The notes beneath the pieces were generated by a model. That model had not been told where the DNA came from and did not search any database. It saw only the letters and a program-made list of their open reading frames with translations. Shown here piece after piece: positions 55,547-64,000 of a stretch of 64,000 bases of DNA. The translations under genes were made by a program, and so were the position numbers. Position 1 is the first letter of the stretch, and each line of letters opens with the position of its first letter. The DNA is from an uncultured Gemmatimonadales bacterium (lineage in GTDB: Bacteria; Gemmatimonadota; Gemmatimonadetes; Longimicrobiales; RSA9): contig OY970192.1 in the NCBI GenBank assembly GCA_963708135.1, positions 5,024,001-5,088,000 on the forward strand, written 5' to 3'.

Positions 55547-55632
55547 CGGGAGGGTGGTACTCGAGAGGGTCGTACTCGGGAGGGTGGTACTCGGGAAGGG
55601 TCGTACTCGGGAAGGGTCGTGCTCGGGAAGGG
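55547..55632 (+). repeat. 15-bp tandem repeat CGGGA(G/A)GG(G)T(G/C)GTACT
   Basis: About 5.5 copies directly after the xdhC-fragment stop. Confidence 0.85.
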
Positions 55633-55966
55633 TCACGGCGCGGGGAACGAGACCGGCTCGACGAACACCTCCATCACGCCGCCGCAGACGGCGGGGCTCC
55701 AGGAGTCCACGGGGTCGGTCAGCTCGACGCGGACCAGGCGCGCGATGCCCGTGCGGATGACTTCGCCGGCCGCCTCGATCACGTCGCCCTCGCCGCAGCC
55801 GCCGCCGATCGTGCCGACGAGGCCGCGCTCGGGGTCCACGACCATTCTTGCTGCCGGCGTGGCGGGGGACGGAGCCGCGCGCGGCGACGACCGTGGCGAG
55901 GGCGACGGGTCGGCCGGCGGCGGCGGCGTCGAGCAGGGCGCGGTGGACGGCGGGGTCGTCGCTCAC
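55633..55966 (-). pseudogene. Stand-alone XdhC/CoxI N-terminal-domain gene with a +1 frameshift
   Basis: VALATVVAARGSVPRHAGSK then an extra base at about 55846 before MVVDPERGLVGTIGGGCGEG..CGGVMEVFVEP. Confidence 0.8.
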
Positions 55967-56979
55967 GGCGTCGCCTCCGGGAGCAGGCGCTCGAGCACGC
56001 GCTCGCGCGCGGCGCGGGTGGCGGGGTCGAGGTCGGGCGAGGGGCGGCGGCGGGCGAGCACCAGCTCGGCGGCGATCGAGACGGCGATCTCCTCGGGCGT
56101 CTCGGCGCCGATGTCGAGGCCGACGGGCGCGCGCACGCGGGCGAGCCGCGCCCGCGGGATGCCGGCGCGGAGCAGGGCGGTGAAGGCGGCGCGCACGCGA
56201 CGCCGGCTGCCGATCATCCCGATGTAGCGGGGCGCATCGTCGGCCATGACGAGCCGGCGCAGGCAGTCGAAGTCGTGCTCGTGGCCGCGCGTGACCAGCA
56301 CGATCGAGGTGCGCGGACCGATGCGCACGTCGCGGAACGGATCGGCGAAGTCCGCGCGCAGCACCGCGGCGGCGGTCGGGAAGCGCTCGATCGTCGCGAA
56401 GCCCTCCCGGTCGTCCAGCACCGTGACGCGGAAGCCGAGCGAGGCGCCGAGCGCGGCGAGCGGGACGGCAATGTGGCCAGCGCCCACGACCACGAGCGCG
56501 TCGGGCGGGAAGAGCGCCTCCACGTAAAGGGAGGCGCGCAGCGCGCCGGCCTCCACGGTGGCGGTGCCGGGCGGGGCGCCGGTGAGCGCGGCGTCCGCGA
56601 GCTCCGCCGCGGCGGCATCGAGCGCGGGATGGCCGAGCGTCCCCGCGCGCGGGCCGCGCTCCGGGACGAGCAACCGCGCGCCGGGATGGAGCTCCGGCGC
56701 GGCCGCGGCGCCTCCGCCGGGCCGCGCGCCGGGCCGCAGGTCGGACCCGCCGCCCGCGCTTCCGCCGGCGCCGCGCGCGTCGGGACGCAGATCGGCCCCG
56801 CCGCCCGCGCCTCCCCCGGCGCCGCGCGCGCCGCCGGGGGTGGGCTTCTCCGGGACGGGATCCTCGCCGGCCGCGGGGCCGGACCCGACGAGCGTCACGA
56901 CGGCGACGGCGTCGCCTCCCTCGTGCGCGGCGAGCGCCGCGCGCGCGGCATCGAGGGGGCCGAGGCGCTCGGCGCTCAC
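55963..56979 (-). CDS. XdhC family Moco chaperone/accessory protein
   Basis: GTLG.P.LD, LVVVGAGHIA.PLA, VLDDR..FA, VTRGH.HD, YIGMIGSRRR, RAPVGLDIGAETPEEIAVSI.AE. Confidence 0.9.
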   Translation of the reverse strand: MSAERLGPLDAARAALAAHEGGDAVAVVTLVGSGPAAGEDPVPEKPTPGGARGAGGGAGGGADLRPDARGAGGSAGGGSDLRPGARPGGGAAAAPELHPGARLLVPERGPRAGTLGHPALDAAAAELADAALTGAPPGTATVEAGALRASLYVEALFPPDALVVVGAGHIAVPLAALGASLGFRVTVLDDREGFATIERFPTAAAVLRADFADPFRDVRIGPRTSIVLVTRGHEHDFDCLRRLVMADDAPRYIGMIGSRRRVRAAFTALLRAGIPRARLARVRAPVGLDIGAETPEEIAVSIAAELVLARRRPSPDLDPATRAARERVLERLLPEATP

Positions 56980-57578
56980 GCGTCCTCCCTGGGCCCGCCG
57001 CCTGCAAGCCGGCGGAGATCGTCGGGAGTGTTCACGTCGAGGAGGATGCCGGGGTCGTCCACCGGCACGTCGCGGATGCGGCCGGGGTGCGCCTCGAGCA
57101 CGCTCTCGGCGCCGCGCGGAAGGCCGGGGGCGGAGAGCTCGCGGAAGAGAGCGCGCGCGAAGAGGGTTGGATGGCCGGGGCGGCCGCCGGCGACGGGGCG
57201 CACGGCCAGCGCGCCGCCGGCCGCGAACGCTTCGAGCAGGCGGCGCACCGTGTCCGGCCGGACGGCGGGGATGTCGACGGGCAGCACGGCGGCCGCCGCG
57301 GCGTCGGCGGGGAGCGCCCGCAGCCCGATGCGGAGCGAGGCCACCTGCTGCGAGCCGGGGTCCGGGTTCAGCGTGTAGACCACGCCGTCCTCGGGCGGCC
57401 CGGCGGCATCCCGGCGCTCGCCGACCACGACCACGACCGAGCGGCAGCCGCCCTCGCGCAGCGCGTCCACGGCGCGGCGCAGGAAGGTGCGGCCGTCCAG
57501 CTCGAGCTCCGCCTTGGGCGCGCCCATGCGGAGCGAGCGTCCGGCTGCCAGCACGATGCCGTCGATCGGAGCGTTCAC
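56976..57578 (-). CDS. Nucleotidyltransferase, MocA-like (molybdenum cofactor cytidylyltransferase)
   Basis: GIVLAAG.S.RMG.PK, SL..GL, LPVD.P, GHP.LF, G...DVNTP.D; xdhC context. Confidence 0.85.
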   Translation of the reverse strand: MNAPIDGIVLAAGRSLRMGAPKAELELDGRTFLRRAVDALREGGCRSVVVVVGERRDAAGPPEDGVVYTLNPDPGSQQVASLRIGLRALPADAAAAAVLPVDIPAVRPDTVRRLLEAFAAGGALAVRPVAGGRPGHPTLFARALFRELSAPGLPRGAESVLEAHPGRIRDVPVDDPGILLDVNTPDDLRRLAGGGPREDA

Positions 57579-57653
57579 GGTCCTCCCTCCCGCCGCATCC
57601 GTCGCTCCGGGCTGCGGCGCGTCTCGAATGCCAGGCGACTCCCCGTCGCGACG

Positions 57654-58637
57654 CTAATAGACGTCGAGGTCGGCGCCCGCGGCCACCCGGCCGGAGAACT
57701 TCGACCTCACCTCGCCCACGATCTCCTCCGGCGTCTGGCCAAAGAAGAGCCAGTGCGTGAGCACGAGCAGCTTCGGGCGGGCCTTCGCGGCCATGGCGCC
57801 CAGCTCGAGCCCCGACGTGTGGAAGTGCGTGTGATACTCCCGGTCGTCGGCCCCCTCGTGCTCGAGCCCCTTCGCGGAGTAGACCTCGTGGACCATCACG
57901 TCGCAGCCGTCGCAGTAGCGGGCGATGGTATCCAGCGGCGGCGCCTCGTCGCCGGAGACCACGATGCTCCGGCCGCGCGCATCGAAGCGGTAGCCGAACG
58001 CCTCCGGCCAGGTGCCGTGGTGCACCGCGAAGGCCGTCACCGTCACGTTCGAGTCGCGGTACACCACGCCCGGCCGGATCTCGTGCACACGCACGTGGTA
58101 CGCAGCCCAGTGGCCGTGCTCGAGGCCGTAGACGCGCAGCCGGATGTCCTCGCGGTACGCCTCGAGCAGGGCGTCCACCATCGCCTGCGTGCCCTCCGGC
58201 CCCCACACCTCGAGCGGACCCTTCCGGCCCAGCACCGCCGGCGTGAGGATCACGTCCGCGAGCCCCAGCGTGTGGTCCGAGTGCAGGTGCGTGAGGAACA
58301 CGCGCGTGAGGTTGCGCACCCGCAGCGCCGGGATGGAATCCTTCCGGGCCGCCGCCACCGCGCGCCGGACCACGCCCGCGCCGGCGTCCACCAGGTAGCT
58401 CTCCCCGCCCGCCACGATCGCCGTGGCCGGCCCCGAGCGCTCCGGGTCGGCAATGGGCGTGCCCGTGCCGAGCAGCACGACCTTCGCGCCCGTATCCGCA
58501 GGCGACGCCGCCGCGGCCGGCCCGCCGGCCCGCGCGGCCTGCCCGGGCGACGCCGCGGCCATCGCGGCCAGGGCGGCGAGCGCGAGGAGCGCGAGGAGCG
58601 CGAGGAGCGCGAGAATGGCGTGGCGCCGTCGTCGCAT
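57654..58637 (-). CDS. MBL-fold metallo-hydrolase (RNase Z/arylsulfatase-like), secreted
   Basis: Signal peptide; LLGTGTP, LVDAG, THLHSDH, SGD, HEV, HT, LTH. Confidence 0.88.
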   Translation of the reverse strand: MRRRRHAILALLALLALLALAALAAMAAASPGQAARAGGPAAAASPADTGAKVVLLGTGTPIADPERSGPATAIVAGGESYLVDAGAGVVRRAVAAARKDSIPALRVRNLTRVFLTHLHSDHTLGLADVILTPAVLGRKGPLEVWGPEGTQAMVDALLEAYREDIRLRVYGLEHGHWAAYHVRVHEIRPGVVYRDSNVTVTAFAVHHGTWPEAFGYRFDARGRSIVVSGDEAPPLDTIARYCDGCDVMVHEVYSAKGLEHEGADDREYHTHFHTSGLELGAMAAKARPKLLVLTHWLFFGQTPEEIVGEVRSKFSGRVAAGADLDVY

Positions 58638-58759
58638 GCGGGCTCCGGTTCCGGGAGAGCGGTCGGCTGGGTCCGGTCCGCGCAATGTCGGCCGAACCCC
58701 ACGGCGCGACAAGCCCGGCGGCTCGCGTGATCGTGCGACGGCGGTGGGGCCGTACCGCG

Positions 58760-59054
58760 AGAGTGGGGGAGTGGGAGAGTGGGAGACTCCGGGCTGGCTC
58801 CGCGGGGTGCGCGTCGCTCCGGGCCTCGCGACCATGCTCGCGCGCCGCATCCGCTGGCTCCCGCGCTGCCGGGAAGCCGCATGGCCGGGGATCCGGCCTT
58901 ACCCGACGCGAGTGCGGAGCCGCCCGGAAGGCGCATGGCCGGGGATCCGGCCTTACCCGGCGCGAGCGCGGAACCGCCCGGAAGGCGCATGGCCGGCGAA
59001 CGGGCGTGCCCCGCGATCGTCGCCCGGTCCCCCACTCCCCCACTCCCCCACTCC
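58760..59054. repeat. Octamer-armed repeat element with about 2.4 tandem 54-bp units
   Basis: Same arms, inner termini and internal unit as 51754-52204. Confidence 0.92.
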
Positions 59055-59110
59055 GTCTCTCCTGGCGCCCCGATCCTCCCCGGCTACATTCCTTCCAGCC
59101 AGGAGAGACC

Positions 59111-60031
59111 ATGCACCGCCACATCGCCCCCGCCACCACGCTCATCGACCTCGAGTACCTCGGAGAGCCGGAGGCGATCGCCGCGTGCGTGCTGGACACC
59201 GAGGCGGGGCTGGTGGTGGTCGATCCGGGACCGAGCTCGTCGCTCGACGGGCTGCGCGCCGCGATCGAGGCGATGGGCGCCTCGCCGGGCGACGTGCGCC
59301 ACCTGCTCCTCACCCACATCCACCTCGACCACGCGGGCGCCGCGGGCGTGCTGGCGCGGGAGAACGCCGAGATCCTCGTCCACGTGCACGAGCGCGGGGC
59401 GCCGCACCTGGCCGATCCGGCGCGCCTGCTGGACAGCGCCACGCGCATCTACGGCGAGGCCATGGACTCGCTGTGGGGGGAGGTCGCACCCGTCCCGGAG
59501 CGGCAGATCCGCTCGCTCGGCGGCGGCGAGACGCTCCGTTTCGGCGGCCGCCAGATCGACGTGGCCTGCACGCCCGGGCACGCCGTCCACCAGGTGGCGT
59601 TCCTGGACCGCGACACCGGCATCGCGTTCGTGGGCGATACGGCGGGCGAGCGCTACCCCGGGCACGACTACGTCATCCCCGTGACGCCGCCGCCCGACAT
59701 CGACCTCGAGCGCTGGCGCGAGAGCTTCGAGACGCTGCGCGGCTGGGCGCCCGAGCGGCTGTTCCTCACCCACTTCGGCGACTTCGGCGGCCCCGAGGCG
59801 CACCTCGAGCAGCTGGAGCTCAGGCAGGACGACTGGGCCGGCCGCGTGCGCATCTCGCTCGAGGCCGAGGGCACGGACGAGGAGAAGGCCCGTCGCTTCG
59901 CCGACGAGGTCGCCGCGGACCTGCGGCGCGACCTGGACCCGGAGACCGCGGCGCTGTACGCCCGCTCGGCGTCGCCTTACGACAGCTGGTTCGGCCTGGC
60001 CAGGTACTGGCGGAAGCGGCAGGGCGGGTGA
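59111..60031 (+). CDS. MBL-fold metallo-hydrolase
   Basis: AGGAG RBS; THIHLDHAG, TPGHA.H, FVGD, LTHFG. Confidence 0.9.
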   Translation: MHRHIAPATTLIDLEYLGEPEAIAACVLDTEAGLVVVDPGPSSSLDGLRAAIEAMGASPGDVRHLLLTHIHLDHAGAAGVLARENAEILVHVHERGAPHLADPARLLDSATRIYGEAMDSLWGEVAPVPERQIRSLGGGETLRFGGRQIDVACTPGHAVHQVAFLDRDTGIAFVGDTAGERYPGHDYVIPVTPPPDIDLERWRESFETLRGWAPERLFLTHFGDFGGPEAHLEQLELRQDDWAGRVRISLEAEGTDEEKARRFADEVAADLRRDLDPETAALYARSASPYDSWFGLARYWRKRQGG

Positions 60032-60675
60032 GCGGGGCACGCCGGGCGGGTTGGCTCGCACGGCGTCGCCGACCGGTGAGGCGCTTCAGCGGGTGGTCCC
60101 CTACACGCGGGCCAGGCAGTCGCGCAGGATTGCCGCGGTGCGCTCCGCGGCGCGATCAACATCGCGCAATGGACGGGCGCCAAACCGTCCGGATTGCGAA
60201 TTGTCCCGGAAATCGAGCAAGATCGCGGTCGCGACGTCGCCGAGAGGCGGCCGGTGCGCCTTTCTTCTCGAACTCCGATCAAGAAGGCGATCCCGATCCT
60301 GCCCGAGAGCTCCGCTCCCCGATCCTGCTCGCGCCCGCGCCCGGCTCAGACCGTCCTCGAGCCTGCTCGCCCCCGCGCCCGCCTCAGACCGTCCCCGAGC
60401 CCGCGCGCGAACCGCGACGGCGGAGCGGCAAGGAGCCGGAGGGCGGACCCTCGTCGGTCTACGTGGCGGGGGTTCGGGGGGCGGCGCGGGTGCCCGTCCG
60501 CCCCCCCGGTGGCGGCCGACTCACGACCTCCGGAGGAGTCCGCCCGGCATCCTCGCACCACCGCCGTGCTTCGCCGCCAGCAACGGGAGGCAGGAATCCG
60601 ACGCTGCCGCTCGCTCCGCAGAGATCTGCATCCCGGCTTGCTCGCCTCCCGGCCTCCCTTTAACGTTCCCTTACC

Positions 60676-61266
60676 ATGCACTCCATCATCCGCCTGACCG
60701 TGAACGGCGACAGCCGCGAGCTCGGCGTCCCCGAGCACTACACGCTGCTCGAGGCGCTGCGCTACGTGCTGGGGCTGACCGGCTCCAAGCAGGGGTGTGA
60801 CAAGGGCGACTGCGGCGCCTGTACGGTGCTGCTCGATGGCGAGCCGGTGCTCTCCTGCATCACGCCGGTCTGGGAGGCGGAGGACCGCGACGTCACCACC
60901 GTCGAGGGGCTCTCCCTCGCCGGCGCGCTGAACCCGCTGCAGGACGCCTTCGAGACCACCGGCGGCGCGCAGTGCGGCTTCTGCACTCCCGGCATCCTCA
61001 TGTCCGCCTGGGGGCTGCTGCAGAAGAATCCGGAGCCCACGCGCGCCGAGATCCGCGATGCGCTCTCGGGCAACCTGTGCCGGTGCACGGGATACACGAA
61101 GATCTACGAGGCGGTGGAGCTGGCGGCGGAAACGATGCGGCGCGGAGGAGAGGGGGACTCGCTTTCGCATTCGCATTCGGACGTTCGCGGAGGAAAAGCC
61201 GAAAGCGAAAGCGAAAGCGAAGGCGAAAGCGTGAACGGCCGTTCGGTCGGGCGAGGCGAGCGATGA
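60676..61266 (+). CDS. (2Fe-2S)-binding small subunit (CoxS/HcrC type)
   Basis: GCDKGDCGACTV..SC and QCGFCTPG..GNLCRCTGY. Confidence 0.95.
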   Translation: MHSIIRLTVNGDSRELGVPEHYTLLEALRYVLGLTGSKQGCDKGDCGACTVLLDGEPVLSCITPVWEAEDRDVTTVEGLSLAGALNPLQDAFETTGGAQCGFCTPGILMSAWGLLQKNPEPTRAEIRDALSGNLCRCTGYTKIYEAVELAAETMRRGGEGDSLSHSHSDVRGGKAESESESEGESVNGRSVGRGER

Positions 61267-63701
61267 GGCCCGAGGAGCTGCGCGAGAGGCAGGCGGCGTC
61301 CGCCGTCGCCGAAGGCGAGCTGCCGGAGCTCGTCGCGCGCGAGATGCGCGTCATCGGACGTCGCATGCGCAAGACCGACGGCGCGGGCAAGGTCACGGGG
61401 CGCGCGGTCTACACGGACGACCTCGTCCTGCCCGGCATGCTGCACGCGAAGATCCTGCGCTCGCCGCACCCGCACGCGCGCATCCTCTCGATCGACACGT
61501 CGGCGGCGGAGGCGCTGGAGGGCGTCCACGCCGTCGTGACCGGCCGCGACATGCCGGTCAAGTACTGCATCATCCCCTGGACGCGCGACGAGGAGCCGCT
61601 GGCCCTCGATCGCGTCCGCTACATCGGCGATGGCGTGGCGGCCGTCGCGGCCGTGGACGAGGACACCGCCATCCGCGCCCTCGACCTCATCAAGGTGGAG
61701 TACGAGCCGCTGCCTGCCTTCTTCGACCCCGAGGAGGCGCTCGGCCCGCCCGAGGGCGCGGTGCCGATCCACGAGCCGGGCCAGCCCGGGCGGAACGGCA
61801 ACATCACCAAGCACGTGCGCCTCGAGTTCGGCGACGTGGACGGCGAGCTCGCCGCGAGCGACGTGCGCGTGGACGGCGACTACTTCTTCGAGGGCAGCAC
61901 GCACACGCCGATCGAGCCGCACTGCGCCGTCGGCTGGTTCGACCCCACGGGCAAGCTCACCGTCTGGTCCTCGACCCAGGTGCCGCACTACCTGCAGCGC
62001 GAGCTGGCGCGCGTGCTCGACCTGGACGTGGCCCGCGTGCGCGTCGTGCAGCCCGCGGTCGGCGGCGCGTTCGGCGGCAAGTCGGAGCCGTTCGACCTCG
62101 AGTTCTGCGTGGCGGCGCTGTCCCGCAAGTGCGGCCGGCCGGTCAAGATCCTCTACACCCGCGAGGAGGTCTTCTACTCGCACCGCGGCCGCCACCCGAT
62201 GAAGTTCCGCTGCGCGCTCGGGGCCACGGCCGACGGCCGCATCCGCGCCGTGGACCACGACATCCTGCTGGACGGCGGCGCCTACGCCTCCTTCGGGCTC
62301 GTGACCACGTACTACTCCGGCCAGCTGCTCCCGGCGCCGTACGTCTTCCCGACCTACCGCTTCGATGCGACGCGCGTCTACACCAACAAGCCCGCGTGCG
62401 GCCCGAAGCGCGGCCACGGCAGCGTGCAGCCCCGCTTCGCCTTCGAGGTGCAGCTCGACAAGCTGGCGGAGAAGGTCGGCCTCGACCCGATCGAGCTGCG
62501 GCGCAGGAACTTCCTCGGCGCCCCCGCGCGCACCGTGAACGAGCTGCGCGTGCAGTCGAACGGCTTCCTCGAGTGCCTGGATGCCGTCGAGCGGTCCAGC
62601 GAGTGGAAGCGACGCTTCCGCCAGCTCCCCTACGGCCACGGCCTCGGCGTCGCCGGCTCGTGCTACATCTCGGGCACCAACTACCCGATCTACCCGAACG
62701 ACATGCCGCAGTCCGCCGTGCAGATCCAGGTCGAGCGCTCCGGCCGCGTCACCGTCTTCCACGGCGCGTCCGAGATCGGCCAGGGCTCCGACAGCGTCCC
62801 GGCCTACATCGTGGCCGAGGAGCTCGGCGTCCCCGTCAACTATGTCCGCGTCGTCTCCGCCGACACCGACCTCACGCCCGTGGACCTCGGCGCCTACTCC
62901 TCGCGCGAGACCTTCATGAACGGCAACGCCACCCTCGACGCCGCGCGCAAGCTGCGCAAGCTCGTCGTGGCCGCCGTGGCCGAGGCCCTCGAATGCGACG
63001 CCGCCACGATCACCCTCGCCGGCGGCTGGGCGCTCGACGCCGGCGACACCTCGCGGCGCATGCCCATCTCCGAGGCCTTCAACCTGGCCGAGGCGAAGTA
63101 CGGCAGCCTCGGCGCGACCGGCTCCTACAACACGCCCAAGGACGTCCACGGCAGCTACCGCGGCGGCACCATCGGCGCCTCCCCCGCGTACTCGTTCACC
63201 GCGCACGTGGCCGAGGTCGCCGTGGACCCCGAGACCGGATTCGTCGCCGTCCACAAGATCTGGATCGCGCACGACTGCGGGCGCGCGCTCAACCCCGTCC
63301 TCGTCGAGGGCCAGATCGAGGGCTCCGCCTACATGGGCTTCGGCGAGGCGCTCATGGAGCAGCAGATCTTCAAGTCAGGCGACGAGGGCCGCGCCGGCCT
63401 CCACGACGCCCCCTCGCTCCTCGACTATCGCATCCCCACTTCGCTCGACACCCCCGAGCTCGAGGCCATCATCATCGAGTCCCACGACCCCGAGGGCCCC
63501 TACGGCGCCAAGGAGGCCGGCGAGGGCCCGCTGCACCCGTCCATCCCGGCCATCGCCAACGCCATCTTCGACGCGACGGGCGCCCGGATCGACCGCATCC
63601 CGTTCGATCCGCCGCGCGTGTGGCGCGCGCTGCAGGACGGCGCCGCCCGCGAGGTGTGGGAGCGGCTGCACGGGGGCGCGAGGGAGGTCGCGGCGGACTG
63701 A
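61263..63701 (+). CDS. Xanthine dehydrogenase family molybdopterin-binding large subunit (4-hydroxybenzoyl-CoA reductase alpha-like)
   Basis: KVTG.A.YTDD, RSPHPHARI, VGGAFGGK, KRGHG, GQGS, YSSR.T, EGQIEG, GPYGAKEAGEG. Confidence 0.92.
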   Translation: MRPEELRERQAASAVAEGELPELVAREMRVIGRRMRKTDGAGKVTGRAVYTDDLVLPGMLHAKILRSPHPHARILSIDTSAAEALEGVHAVVTGRDMPVKYCIIPWTRDEEPLALDRVRYIGDGVAAVAAVDEDTAIRALDLIKVEYEPLPAFFDPEEALGPPEGAVPIHEPGQPGRNGNITKHVRLEFGDVDGELAASDVRVDGDYFFEGSTHTPIEPHCAVGWFDPTGKLTVWSSTQVPHYLQRELARVLDLDVARVRVVQPAVGGAFGGKSEPFDLEFCVAALSRKCGRPVKILYTREEVFYSHRGRHPMKFRCALGATADGRIRAVDHDILLDGGAYASFGLVTTYYSGQLLPAPYVFPTYRFDATRVYTNKPACGPKRGHGSVQPRFAFEVQLDKLAEKVGLDPIELRRRNFLGAPARTVNELRVQSNGFLECLDAVERSSEWKRRFRQLPYGHGLGVAGSCYISGTNYPIYPNDMPQSAVQIQVERSGRVTVFHGASEIGQGSDSVPAYIVAEELGVPVNYVRVVSADTDLTPVDLGAYSSRETFMNGNATLDAARKLRKLVVAAVAEALECDAATITLAGGWALDAGDTSRRMPISEAFNLAEAKYGSLGATGSYNTPKDVHGSYRGGTIGASPAYSFTAHVAEVAVDPETGFVAVHKIWIAHDCGRALNPVLVEGQIEGSAYMGFGEALMEQQIFKSGDEGRAGLHDAPSLLDYRIPTSLDTPELEAIIIESHDPEGPYGAKEAGEGPLHPSIPAIANAIFDATGARIDRIPFDPPRVWRALQDGAAREVWERLHGGAREVAAD

Positions 63702-63702
63702 A

Positions 63703-63945
<243 letters not shown>

Positions 63946-64000
63946 GGGCTGCGGCGTCCGGCTTCGCGGGTCCTGCGCGGAAGCTTCTGCAACAGGAAGC

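Noticed and set aside
60032..60675. ncRNA or Moco riboswitch in the 640-bp gap before the molybdoenzyme genes
   Set aside because: No recognisable motif; an Rfam search would be needed to exclude it.

Overview
Very GC-rich bacterial chromosome segment. Gene content (PadR plus duplicated orphan ABC permease, secreted M1/S9 peptidases) suggests Gemmatimonadota or a relative; this is inference. It carries a GH2 exo-beta-glucosaminidase (5'-truncated), a GMC oxidoreductase, an esterase pseudogene, a prolyl oligopeptidase, PadR/ADOP, a vapBC toxin-antitoxin pair, an M1 peptidase, ppc, thiI and glnA. There is also a 10-gene CgeB/methyltransferase glycan-modification operon, a reductive pyrimidine catabolism operon and a xanthine-oxidase-family molybdoenzyme locus with maturation genes. 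Mobile DNA: an IS1182, and a nested stack at one CTAG site (MITE + IS630 + IS4 with a 9-bp target duplication). The most unusual signals are: (i) a dispersed non-coding element family bounded by inverted (GGGGGAGT)n/(ACTCCCCC)n octamer arms, with variable internal 53-bp repeats, one copy of which sits in frame inside a glycosyltransferase; (ii) an apparently circularly permuted clan GH-A glycoside hydrolase; (iii) a PreA-like enzyme with no Fe-S domain and no PreT; (iv) a ~62-bp-period palindromic mini-array; (v) in-frame microsatellite expansions inside conserved enzymes. No tRNA, rRNA, cas gene or canonical CRISPR array was seen.
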